From: Octopus bimaculoides
Taxonomy: Eukaryota
Assembly: GCF_001194135.2 (NCBI RefSeq)
Contig: NC_068981.1
Coordinates: 8,922,152-8,955,832 of the forward strand
Direction of reading: 5' to 3'
Length of the DNA stretch: 33,681 nt
Positions 11,471 through 23,647 of this stretch are shown here, piece after piece; position 1 is the stretch's first letter; every line of letters begins with the position of its first letter. Made by a program: the position numbers and the translations under genes. The notes beneath the pieces were generated by a model. It ran no database searches. It had not been told where the DNA came from and worked only from the letters and a program-made list of their open reading frames with translations.

Positions 11471-14153
11471 GGTGGTGGTGGTGGTGGTGGTGGTGGTGGT
11501 GGTGTACGAGGATGAGCCGAAAAGGTTGACCATGAAGGAGTGATGTTCGAGCAGTGAAACCACAACCCTTCTTATTAAATGCATTGTTTCTTTCTACGTA
11601 AAGTGACATCTGACTGTTCGAAGAAGACCAGTGACTAGAAGTGACTTCAGCTGAAAATGGATGAAGTGTGGCATCATGGTGTAACCAAGTATCTACAAAA
11701 AAGGCTTTAGTCCCCAGGGACATTCATGCTAACATGGTTGCTACATTAGAGGTTAATGCTTCATCTTTATCAACAGTGCAAAAGTGGGGCATCTGAATTT
11801 AGGAAAGGAAAGGAGAGTATTGAAGATGACCCTCGGTCTGGACGTCCTGCAACTGCCACCATCGAGGAAAACATTGATTATGTCCACCATATGGTGATGG
11901 GTGGCAGACAACTGATTATAAATCAAATATCCGATGCTATTAATATATCCTGTGAGAGAGTTGAGAATATTCTGCGCTATCAAATTGGTATGAAAAAGGT
12001 TTCTGCTCGGTGGGTGCCACGTTTGCTGACACCTGATGAAAAGTGCACCAGGCTGATCACATGACAGGAAAATCTGACATTGTTTGCGACAGATCATAGA
12101 ATGTTTCTAACCTAGGATGAGTGATGTCTTCATCGTTTGGAGCCAGAGACAAAAAAAACAATCCATGCAGTGGAAACACCCCCTCCTCTCTTGCTCCGAA
12201 AAAGGCCAAGGTTTTTTCATCTGCCGGGAATGTGATGGCCTCAATCTTTGGGGATGCAACAGGTATTGTGTTTATTGATTATCTTCAAAAGAGCCGCATA
12301 ATCAATGGAGAGTACTATGTCAACTTGCTGAGGCAGTTGCGAAAGGTTATCGAGACCAAACGGCCAGGAAGACCGATGAAAGGGGTCTTGTTTTATCAGG
12401 ACAATGCTCCTCCAGCACACAAGTCATTGGTTTCAATGGCTGCTTTTTTGACGAACAGGATGAAAGCTATGGCTTTGAACTGGTTGATCAGCCTCCCTAT
12501 TAGCCTGGCTTCGCCCCATCTCACTATTATCTGATCCCCCCATCAGCAAAAACACTTGGCTGGGAGCCAGCATCGCAGTGATGATGGCGTCGCATCTGCT
12601 GTTGATGATGTTTTTGACCAACAGGATGAAATCTTCTTCACCAATGGGATCCAAGCACTGCAATTCTTAGAGAAGTGTGCGGACCGCAAGGGGTACTAGG
12701 TTGACTCATTTGGTCACATTCTATGAAGGTGTCTTAGTCAGATTATGAACTTTTCAAACGACCCTCGTAGTGGTTATAGTGATGGTAGGGTGGCAGTGGC
12801 AATGGTGGAGTACCGGGGAAGATAGAGGTGGTGGTGACAGGAGAGTTGGCGGTCGTCGGGGTTATCTAATGGAGCAGGTCTCTTATTAAAGACACCCGCA
12901 CATAGTTACTCGCATCAGAGAGTATTGATAAGGCTTCACTAATCAAAACAATGCCTTCTGGGTAGCTTCTACATTAACCGTTGGTGTATAAAAGGAGTAT
13001 TTCAGTGAACTCAGGACTGTGCTAAGTTCTGCAGGGGTTACACAGATGTTTTATTGCTGATTAATTTAACGTTGATTTAACTAATCTCGTGACAAAATAC
13101 AGTGAATATGTCTTACGAATATGCCTCAAACATATTTGAACAGGTAACAAGTCTGTATTTAAACACATCACTGCTTAGTGCTGTCACCCCGTATGTAATT
13201 TACAGCGACCCGCGGAATAGCACAAGAAATCTGTTGTATCACACGTTCGACGTACGATATAACAGGATAATAATTGTTGTTGTTGGCACTCCGTCGCTTA
13301 CGGCGTCGAGGGTTCCAGTTGATCCTATCAACGGAACAGCCTGCTCGTGAAATTAACGTGCATGTGGCTGAGCACTCCACAGACACGTGTACCCTTAACG
13401 TAGTTCTCGGGGATATTCAGCGTGACACAGTGTGACAAGGCTGACCCTTTGAATTACAGGCACAACAGAAATAAGAAGTTAGAGAAAGTTGTGGTGAAAG
13501 AGTACAGCAGGGTTCGCCACCATCCCCTGCCGGAGCTTCGTGGAGCTTTAGGTGTTTTCGCTCAATAAACACTCACAACGCCCGGTCTGGGAATCGAAAC
13601 CGCGATCCTATGACCGCGTGTCCGCTGCCCTAACCACTGGGCCATTGCGCCTCCACAGGATAATAATAATGTCCTTGCAAATCGTTCTACTCAACATACT
13701 GGTGATAACCCTCGACAATACGCAACTCTCGGCTTTACACTGCTCTCAAGGTTCTCTGCGTATGTCCATTTATATTGTGGCACAGTCCATTAGGAGCCAA
13801 CTAATAGGGGTGTTCTACTTCCACACAACAAAATCATTGAACGACGATTACGGGAATATCATTTTCGTGTCCGTTCGTAGCGACCCCCTTTCCAGTTTCT
13901 GATGCGGAAGAGGAGATAACCACTCCGAAATGCATGCATCCCGCACATATTGTTAGGGAGTGTTATGAGCTGACACCTATTTGTCTACAGCAAGAAATTT
14001 TCTTCGTGACAAAATACAGTGAATGGCCTTCTTACGGGTTCGAATATGCCTCAAGAATATTTCGATTCCACTGCACAGCATGCTTTGAGCTGGTGTTGTC
14101 TATTATGGCTTCAGGTGCTTTCTGAACGAATTCTCTGTAACAAGCCAAAGACA

Positions 14154-14239
<86 letters not shown>

Positions 14240-15399
14240 AGAAATGAGTATGAACCAATCATTGGTCTGCCTGCAAATCTGTAACCAACGACATTATTGC
14301 TTACCAGTTGTGACGTTTTGCAGCAATATTTGTGACGTTTACAGCGATTAATGATGTTGCTATAAACGTTAATAATGTTGCTCGGTCAGCTAGAAATAGT
14401 AGGCAAATTCCCTCAAGTTACATCTTATCATGTTTAAAAATGGAAGAACTCATTGAACAACATCACCATAGATAGTCCTAAAAAGATAGGATGGTTCAGG
14501 CTGGAACGATTTCGATCTATTAAATCAGAGCTAATCTTCTGCTGAATACCAGTAATATTGATTCCAAATCTTGGCATGAGGCCAATAATTTCAAAGGAGG
14601 TGGGCAAGCCTAATCGACCCCAGTGTTCAACTGGTACTTACTTTATCGACTTCAACGGAATTTGAACTCAGAACGTAAAGACGGACGAAATGCCGCTAAG
14701 CATTTTGCCCGGCATGCTAATGACTCTATCTGTTCGTCGCCTTCGAACACCAATAATACTGATTTCAAACTCTGGCACAAGGCCAGCAATTTTAGGGGAG
14801 GAGTAAGTCCATTATGGCGATTCCAACAATCGAATGGCGTGCTAACGATTCTACCAGCTCGCCGACCTCAATACCAGCAACAGGGATACTGTTTATCAGT
14901 AGCATCAGTAATGTTTCGAAGAATATTAACTGTCCATGTGTCACGTGGCAATTCTTTAATCCTATCAATTAGCATTCTTGAAGTCAGTCGTTGATGCGAT
15001 AGTCTTGAATCGTGCTTGAAAAATATTTGTGGAATGTCAAATTGTTACAAGAGGGAAATAGTACAAACGTCATTTAATAGTAGATGGGTTATTATCTAAT
15101 CTACGCATTGTCAGGAAATCGTTTGCTGTAAGAATAATTATGTAATTTGTCATGAGAGAGGTCGACTGGAGACAGAGTTTAGAGTGATGCTAAGATAAGT
15201 GGAGACGCAGAGGAATAGTGTTGTGCTTTATTCCAAAAAAGGAAAAATAATAAATTTACAGTTTTTGTTTTAGAAACTAAAAGTGACACCTTGGACGTCT
15301 TTTACTATAGTGTTGGGCCGACCAGAGCCTTGTGAGTGAATTTGGTAGACGGAGACTGAAAGAAGCCTGTCATGTGTGTGTGTATGTTTGTGTGTGTGT

Positions 15400-15455
<56 letters not shown>

Positions 15456-16355
15456 NNNNNNNNNNNNNNNNNNNNNNNNNNNNNNNNNNNNNNNNNNNNN
15501 NNNNNNNNNNNNNNNNNNNNNNNNNNNNNNNNNNNNNNNNNNNNNNNNNNNNNNNNNNNNNNNNNNNNNNNNNNNNNNNNNNNNNNNNNNNNNNNNNNNN
15601 NNNNNNNNNNNNNNNNNNNNNNNNNNNNNNNNNNNNNNNNNNNNNNNNNNNNNNNNNNNNNNNNNNNNNNNNNNNNNNNNNNNNNNNNNNNNNNNNNNNN
15701 NNNNNNNNNNNNNNNNNNNNNNNNNNNNNNNNNNNNNNNNNNNNNNNNNNNNNNNNNNNNNNNNNNNNNNNNNNNNNNNNNNNNNNNNNNNNNNNNNNNN
15801 NNNNNNNNNNNNNNNNNNNNNNNNNNNNNNNNNNNNNNNNNNNNNNNNNNNNNNNNNNNNNNNNNNNNNNNNNNNNNNNNNNNNNNNNNNNNNNNNNNNN
15901 NNNNNNNNNNNNNNNNNNNNNNNNNNNNNNNNNNNNNNNNNNNNNNNNNNNNNNNNNNNNNNNNNNNNNNNNNNNNNNNNNNNNNNNNNNNNNNNNNNNN
16001 NNNNNNNNNNNNNNNNNNNNNNNNNNNNNNNNNNNNNNNNNNNNNNNNNNNNNNNNNNNNNNNNNNNNNNNNNNNNNNNNNNNNNNNNNNNNNNNNNNNN
16101 NNNNNNNNNNNNNNNNNNNNNNNNNNNNNNNNNNNNNNNNNNNNNNNNNNNNNNNNNNNNNNNNNNNNNNNNNNNNNNNNNNNNNNNNNNNNNNNNNNNN
16201 NNNNNNNNNNNNNNNNNNNNNNNNNNNNNNNNNNNNNNNNNNNNNNNNNNNNNNNNNNNNNNNNNNNNNNNNNNNNNNNNNNNNNNNNNNNNNNNNNNNN
16301 NNNNNNNNNNNNNNNNNNNNNNNNNNNNNNNNNNNNNNNNNNNNNNNNNNNNNNN

Positions 16356-16425
<70 letters not shown>

Positions 16426-19400
16426 CCTCTCTCTCTTCTCTGCTCTCTGTTTCTCTATCTCTCTCTCTCTCTCTCTCTTCTCACTCTCTTTTCTAGTCAC
16501 CACCCTCATTCTTCTTCCTGTCCCGTTATCTCATTCTCTCTCTCCCTCTTTCTATCTCTTTCTCTGTCTCTTTCTCTATCTCTTTCTCTCTCTCTCTCGC
16601 TCTCTCTGTCTCCTTCTCTCTCTCTCTCTCTCCCTTTTTTTTTCTTGGGTTTAATTTTCGCTAACAAATGAAAACCCTTAGAGAATGAGGAAAAAGGTAA
16701 TCGCCGAATTTCTCTCATGTCTCCAGTTATATATTCCCAAACCCTCCATTTGAAATCTTCCATCTTAAATCCTCCATCATAAATATTCCGTCTGCTGACC
16801 CTAGACTTTTTTAAAGCGTATTTCATTGTTGGATATGATATGGAAGTCAAAGAAAGCCGCTCGAGTTAACACCATCCCCCAGGATCCTTCGAAGAAGTTT
16901 ACTCTTTTAATAGCATCCAGAACAGGTTCTCACATCCCTACAGCCCGCGTTTTACTTCTACACATTCTCCTATTTAAATTAGAAAGAAACACGTATCACA
17001 CAACACATCAAATATACTGGCACGGCCAGCAAAGGTTATGGAAATTGTTGTTTTTCCAATATGTTTAACATTTGCTAGTGGATTATGAGTAATCCCATGC
17101 TAGGCTTAGATGAAATGCACATAAAAAGCAATTATCATTTTCTGACCAGCAAGTCTAATTCGGCGTTCGCCATAGCACACTTTAATGAGTCAACTCAGAT
17201 CACCCAACCATACGATACTTTCAACAGCCATAAGATCACTTAGCGTTTTAACTTTCAACGTAAATCCACGAAAATAATAACAATTAACATAGAACCGTTT
17301 TATTACCCAGTTTTGCATATTTTATAATCGTTTTAACAAATTGTCTTTCAGTTTTGGTTCGATAATTACAAAAAAAAAAGATAAAATTTTAGAACAAACA
17401 ATTATATTTATATAAAAAAAAAAGACGAAAGAAGAAAAAAGAGAAAGGACAGAAGAAATGCCTTTAAGCGTCGTTCTAATATGTTTAACTTTTAAATTAA
17501 AATAGAATCAATAATTGTGTAATTATATTTAAACAATTTATTGGGCCCACTGTAATCGTAAGTTATTCTCCTATGACGTACACTACAACGATTCGCATAT
17601 TTTCTGTCTGAACCTGTCAAGACGTATAAGAATAAATAACCGTTCCAGATCTCGCGAATAGCCGTTCCAGATCTCGCTGTACATTGGGCAAATAACGATT
17701 TTTCATTTTATTATTATTTCCTCCCAAAGATCGGTGAGCTGGCAGAATCGTTAGCACGCTCGACAAAATGTTGAACCGCATTTCGCCTATCTTTATATTC
17801 TGGCTTCGAATTCCACCGAGGTCGACTATGTCCTTTATCCATTAGGAATCGATAAAAATAAGATACCAGTTACGCACTGGGGTTGATGTAATCGACCAGC
17901 TCCACCCCCAAAATTTCAGGCTTTGTAGTAAATATTATTTTTCCACCAAAAGGCGACGAGCTGACAGAATCTTTTGCATTCCGAACAAAATGCTTGGCAG
18001 AATTTTGTCCGTCTTTACGTTCTAAGTTCAAATTCCACCGAAGTCAACTTTGCTTTTCATCTTTTTGGGTTCGATAAAATAAGCACCAGTTGAGCATTGA
18101 GGTCAATGTAATCGGTTTACCCCCACCCTCCATTGAAATTGCTGGCCTTGTGCCAAAATTTGAAACTACTATTATACTCTACCAAAGATTGATGGCTGGC
18201 AGGGTCATTGAAGCAACAGATAAATTGTCCTGTGCTATCTAATTCTCATTCTTTACGTCCTACGTTCAAACCCTTTCCGGGGTTGATAAAATAAAGTCTC
18301 AGTCAAAAACTAGGGGCTAATGCAATCGACTTTATCATCTCTCCCAAAAAATATTTGTTACTTTGTGTCAATAATTATTGTTCTAATTTGAGGGCCGCTA
18401 CGTATTCTTCTCGACATGCTAGAAATAACAAACCTCACACTCTCAAAATTACGTCTTTATTGCAATAAAAAGAATACTTTAAACAATGTGATCCCAGGTA
18501 CACAATGACGGCAATTATCATGGCTAGAATGCTTAATAACCTACAGTCTAGTCGATCACTGTTGGTCTACACAGATATAATAACCAACCAACTACTGATT
18601 CTAACAGACAGAATCGGTAGAGTGCCAGAATAAATTACTTGCGTTATTTCTCAGTTCCTAATCAACTGAGTTCGTTACTCTTCGACTTTGTGGAATTGTT
18701 TTAAAGGTAAAAAGTAATTTCTATCTCCCAGAAAATAGACAGACAGAATCGGTAGAGCATCTGAATTAATACCTTGTGGAATTTATTCCGTTCTTAAATC
18801 AATCCCACCGAGGGTCGTCTTTGCTTTTATCCTTTCCTGCATTGATTTAATCGACCGACTCACCCACCCCCATTTCGCACCAAAATCAGAAAATATTTTT
18901 CAGCAAGTTTTCGGTTATTTTCTTCGCTTTTACTGAAATCATTTGTTAAACGTAAATAAAAGAGGAAACAGAGACGGAAAGATTTGCTTTCAACTTTCTT
19001 TCTTATACATTTTGATATAAAATGATGCTGACACTATATCTCTTTGCATCAGTTGCACATTATTCTGGGTATTAATATCCTCACTAATTCATATCCATAG
19101 CAACAGAAGCCAAGAAAATGCAGCAAAAAATAACTTCAAACAAGAGCACTCAGAGAGCGCGAACCTCCGCCAAGGCAACACTAAAACATCGCAAATATTC
19201 GAGAAATAAACTGAATTACTAATGTACAGGCCTCCATAAGTACAGGTTTCCATTATTACAGGTTTCCATATAGAAAGCTGCATTTGTTGTTGTAAATGTC
19301 CTTTTAAATTAGATTTTCTTATAAAACTTTGTAGGAATCGATTAGAATCCCAATAATTGATTATTTCTCCCACCCACATACTTTCCACATCTCCCCCATC

Positions 19401-19474
19401 TCTCTCTCTTTCTCTCTCTCTCTCTTTCTTTCTCTCTCTCTCTCTCTCTCTCCCNNNNNNNNNNNNNNNNNNNN

Positions 19475-19540
<66 letters not shown>

Positions 19541-21407
19541 GAGATCCTAACAAGCTTCTGTCATCCCTATCTCACCCTCCTCTCTCTATGCAATTGAAAT
19601 AATTAAACACCAATATAAAAATACTTATTCATTGTTTCCTAAACTTTCGTTTTCTCACAAATTAAATATAATATTTCATCTGCTTTTTGCCCCTTTTTTT
19701 GTACGTGTTTTTTATCAGTTTTGTTTGTTTTTAGCCAATTATTCGGATCCTAAATATCTGCCCGATCACTTATATCGGATAGTTTGTCATCAGGTTCTCC
19801 AACTAAATATAAAATGGAATAAACAATATATTCCCACAATAAAATTGGCTGCAATCCCCTAACTCTAACCCTATCTCTATCCCTAACCCTACCCCTAACC
19901 CTCCTATCATTCATTATTTCGTCCTTCGTTATTTCCTTTCTTTTCCTTTATTAATTACCTAACGTAACCTAATTTGATATTTTGTTGTTTTTTTTCATGC
20001 AGCAATTATCATTACAACGATGCTTCGTTTATTTAATTGCAGTTGAGTTCAGTCTCAGATGTTGAATATTTACATTGAAAGCGTCCAAGTGACGACAACT
20101 GACGTTAGCCAGCGATCCTATATCACCACAGTTTCCTCTTCGTTTCGTCAATCCTACCGCAGCCTATAACGAGATTATAATAACTCGAAATTTAATAGGA
20201 CAGCAACAATAACAACAAGGATTAGTTTAGAGGTTTAGATAAGGTTTGAAAGTAGTTTAGTGACTTGTTAAACAAAGGAAATATCGCAAAAAGTTAAATA
20301 TTTGTGATGTGTTTTACAATTCTCGATGAATAAATCAATGAATATCTGTAGCTCACTTTCACTTCTCAACATAAAACTTCGTTGCAAAAATGTCAAATAA
20401 TTCTATAAACATTTCCCATCTTTTACTCTGTACTACGTTTGCTGGGGGTGGGTTCTTGTTTTTTTTTCTTTTTTTGTTTCATTTGGTGGGGGTTGTGCTC
20501 GTTCGAGACTATCACTCGTTCGAACAAAGAGAAGTACCTTTTTGCACGAGGACGACAAATGCCAAATCGGTTGAGCGTCGAACGGAATAGCTTCTGGTCT
20601 TTAATTACGTCCCTTAGTCTTTGAGTTCAAATCCTACGCAGTTCAACATTGTGTTTCATCGTTCTGTGACTATAAAATAATTAAAGAAGTTGATGTAATC
20701 AACTAATCTTCCAACGTGGTGTCCCAGCATGGCTGCATCTAATGACTGAAATCATCGAATGAATTGGATATATATATATATTGAAAGATATTCACTCCAG
20801 AGGGAGAGTGAATGCTAGCAGTTGCAAAGTTGTGTGTAACTGCTAGCATGCATTCATCTGAAGTGAATACCCTTCGATACACTAAACAATATATATCCTA
20901 TGCATACCTCTTACCTTTTTAGCTTTGCTCTCACCAGAATGTATCCTTATTCCATGTACAACGCTGGATCTAATAGCATTCAATTCCATTTTCCCTCAGT
21001 ATAGAGTACTGCATAATTCTTTTCCTCTTTTCGCCTTGCCTTACCACTTAACCACTCTTTCTGATCATGGATTTACCTGAAGAAAACCCGATCCAGTTGG
21101 ATTCAACTGGACCCTCCTACTCTCCTAGACATAATCAACCACAACAAATATCATTGGTGAGAAGATTTTTCTTCCCACTGTCTAACCTATATGACGGTAT
21201 ACCCGACTTATAGAGTCTTCTTCACTCGATACGAGGCTCCAATGGCTGTCACAGACTATCTTTACCAGTTTGTACTATTTCTACCATACGCTATGAAGTA
21301 ATTTTTTTTTAATTGAATTAAGTGAAATGAAACATCCTTGTCCTGCCTTGACTAATTGCTTGCCTTTCCTCACTACGTTAACCTCTCTGTCTCTCTTTCT
21401 CTCTCTG

Positions 21408-21486
<79 letters not shown>

Positions 21487-22803
21487 NNNNNNNNNNNNNN
21501 NNNNNNNNNNNNNNNNNNNNNNNNNNNNNNNNNNNNNNNNNNNNNNNNNNNNNNNNNNNNNNNNNNNNNNNNNNNNNNNNNNNNNNNNNNNNNNNNNNNN
21601 NNNNNNNNNNNNNNNNNNNNNNNNNNNNNNNNNNNNNNNNNNNNNNNNNNNNNNNNNNNNNNNNNNNNNNNNNNNNNNNNNNNNNNNNNNNNNNNNNNNN
21701 NNNNNNNNNNNNNNNNNNNNNNNNNNNNNNNNNNNNNNNNNNNNNNNNNNNNNNNNNNNNNNNNNNNNNNNNNNNNNNNNNNNNNNNNNNNNNNNNNNNN
21801 NNNNNNNNNNNNNNNNNNNNNNNNNNNNNNNNNNNNNNNNNNNNNNNNNNNNNNNNNNNNNNNNNNNNNNNNNNNNNNNNNNNNNNNNNNNNNNNNNNNN
21901 NNNNNNNNNNNNNNNNNNNNNNNNNNNNNNNNNNNNNNNNNNNNNNNNNNNNNNNNNNNNNNNNNNNNNNNNNNNNNNNNNNNNNNNNNNNNNNNNNNNN
22001 NNNNNNNNNNNNNNNNNNNNNNNNNNNNNNNNNNNNNNNNNNNNNNNNNNNNNNNNNNNNNNNNNNNNNNNNNNNNNNNNNNNNNNNNNNNNNNNNNTGT
22101 GTGTGTGTGTGTGTTCCCCACCACCACTTGACAATCAGTGTCGGTGTGCGCTTATGTCCCCGGTAAAAGATACATCAGCCCCAGTGCTTGAGTGTTTTTC
22201 GTTCTTTAGTTTGTTTGTCTTTTGTTTTTTTGCACAGCACCAACAAACCAAATTGAGACAGTTTCTTATCTCTATTAACAGACAATAGTCGCCATATTTG
22301 GATTGCCAAGTGTAACTGACTGACGTTATGGATATTTATGTGCAGTGTTATTTGAGTGTACGTGTGCACATTTACATTTACATTTACCTGTTGGCGCATA
22401 CATATGGGTGTGGGGGAGTAAAAGTTGATGACTGTTGTGAAATCGTTTTGCCTGGTAAATCTACGATGCATTTAATGACATTTTGATTCCACTCCCTGGA
22501 ACCACTGAAACCACAAATTGCTTTGGTGAATGAATTTGGTGATAAATAAAAATGATAAATTAATTTAGATTTTCCATTTCTATGCTCTTATTTCATTGTT
22601 TGATAATTGCCTGTTTTCGGCAAAACCTTCTCTAAATTAGAATGTAGAACTTGAAAGCAACCCTAACCCTACAAAGATACCGATAGGATAAGTACCAGGC
22701 TTACCAGGCTTGTAAAAAAAATAAAAAAATAAATAAATACTAAGGTCGATTGATTCGACTAAAAATTAGATTCGACTGAAACAAGTAAAAGATAAAACAC
22801 ACA

Positions 22804-22836
<33 letters not shown>

Positions 22837-23491
22837 GCACGCACACGCACACGCACACACATACACACACAGGCGTATAATGGTCGAATGGTAGAGAAGT
22901 TCGCTTCGCAAACAGCAGGTCTTGTGTTCGTCCCTACTGCAGGGAATATTGGACAAATATCAAAAAACTGTCGAGCAGGATTGTATCTGTGATTCAGAAA
23001 GGTTCAGCCTTGTCACACGATGTGCCATGCTGACTCTACCTGAGAATTGTGGTAAGAATTATGTAAGCATGTTTGTGGAATACTCGCCCANNNNNNNNNN
23101 NNNNNNNNNNNNNNNNNNNNNNNNNNNNNNNNNNNNNNNNNNNNNNNNNNNNNNNNNNNNNNNNNNNNNNNNNNNNNNNNNNNNNNNNNNNNNNNNNNNN
23201 NNNNNNNNNNNNNNNNNNNNNNNNNNNNNNNNNNNNNNNNNNNNNNNNNNNNNNNNNNNNNNNNNNNNNNNNNNNNNNNNNNNNNNNNNNNNNNNNNNNN
23301 NNNNNNNNNNNNNNNNNNNNNNNNNNNNNNNNNNNNNNNNNNNNNNNNNNNNNNNNNNNNNNNNNNNNNNNNNNNNNNNNNNNNNNNNNNNNNNNNNNNN
23401 NNNNNNNNNNNNNNNNNNNNNNNNNNNNNNNNNNNNNNNNNNNNNNNNNNNNNNNNNNNNNNNNTTTCTACATATATACATATATATATCG

Positions 23492-23528
<37 letters not shown>

Positions 23529-23604
23529 TCTCTATCTCTCTCACTCCCTCTCTCTCTCTTTCTCTCTCTCTATATATATATATATCGAACATACACACAC
23601 ATAT

Positions 23605-23647
<43 letters not shown>

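Noticed and set aside
11329-11665. SETMAR-like fusion of the SLC5 exon to the mariner via the AG at 11649-11650
   Set aside because: The phase-1 join reads ACT GAA AAT GGA TGA (stop), the acceptor has no polypyrimidine tract, and the transposase is riddled with stops.
13580-13656. tRNA gene calls at the SINE heads (also 6945-7010)
   Set aside because: A and B boxes are present, but the heads run into SINE bodies and tails and I cannot verify a complete cloverleaf.
16660-17330. Non-repetitive block with short ORFs (16826-17068 and others)
   Set aside because: No recognisable motif and no compatible splice-site pair; it could be old TE debris.
5499-17677. CRISPR-like interpretation of the short direct repeats (5499-5572, 13087/14004, 17640-17677)
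   Set aside because: Eukaryotic DNA, at most 2-3 copies each, no unique regular spacers and no cas genes.
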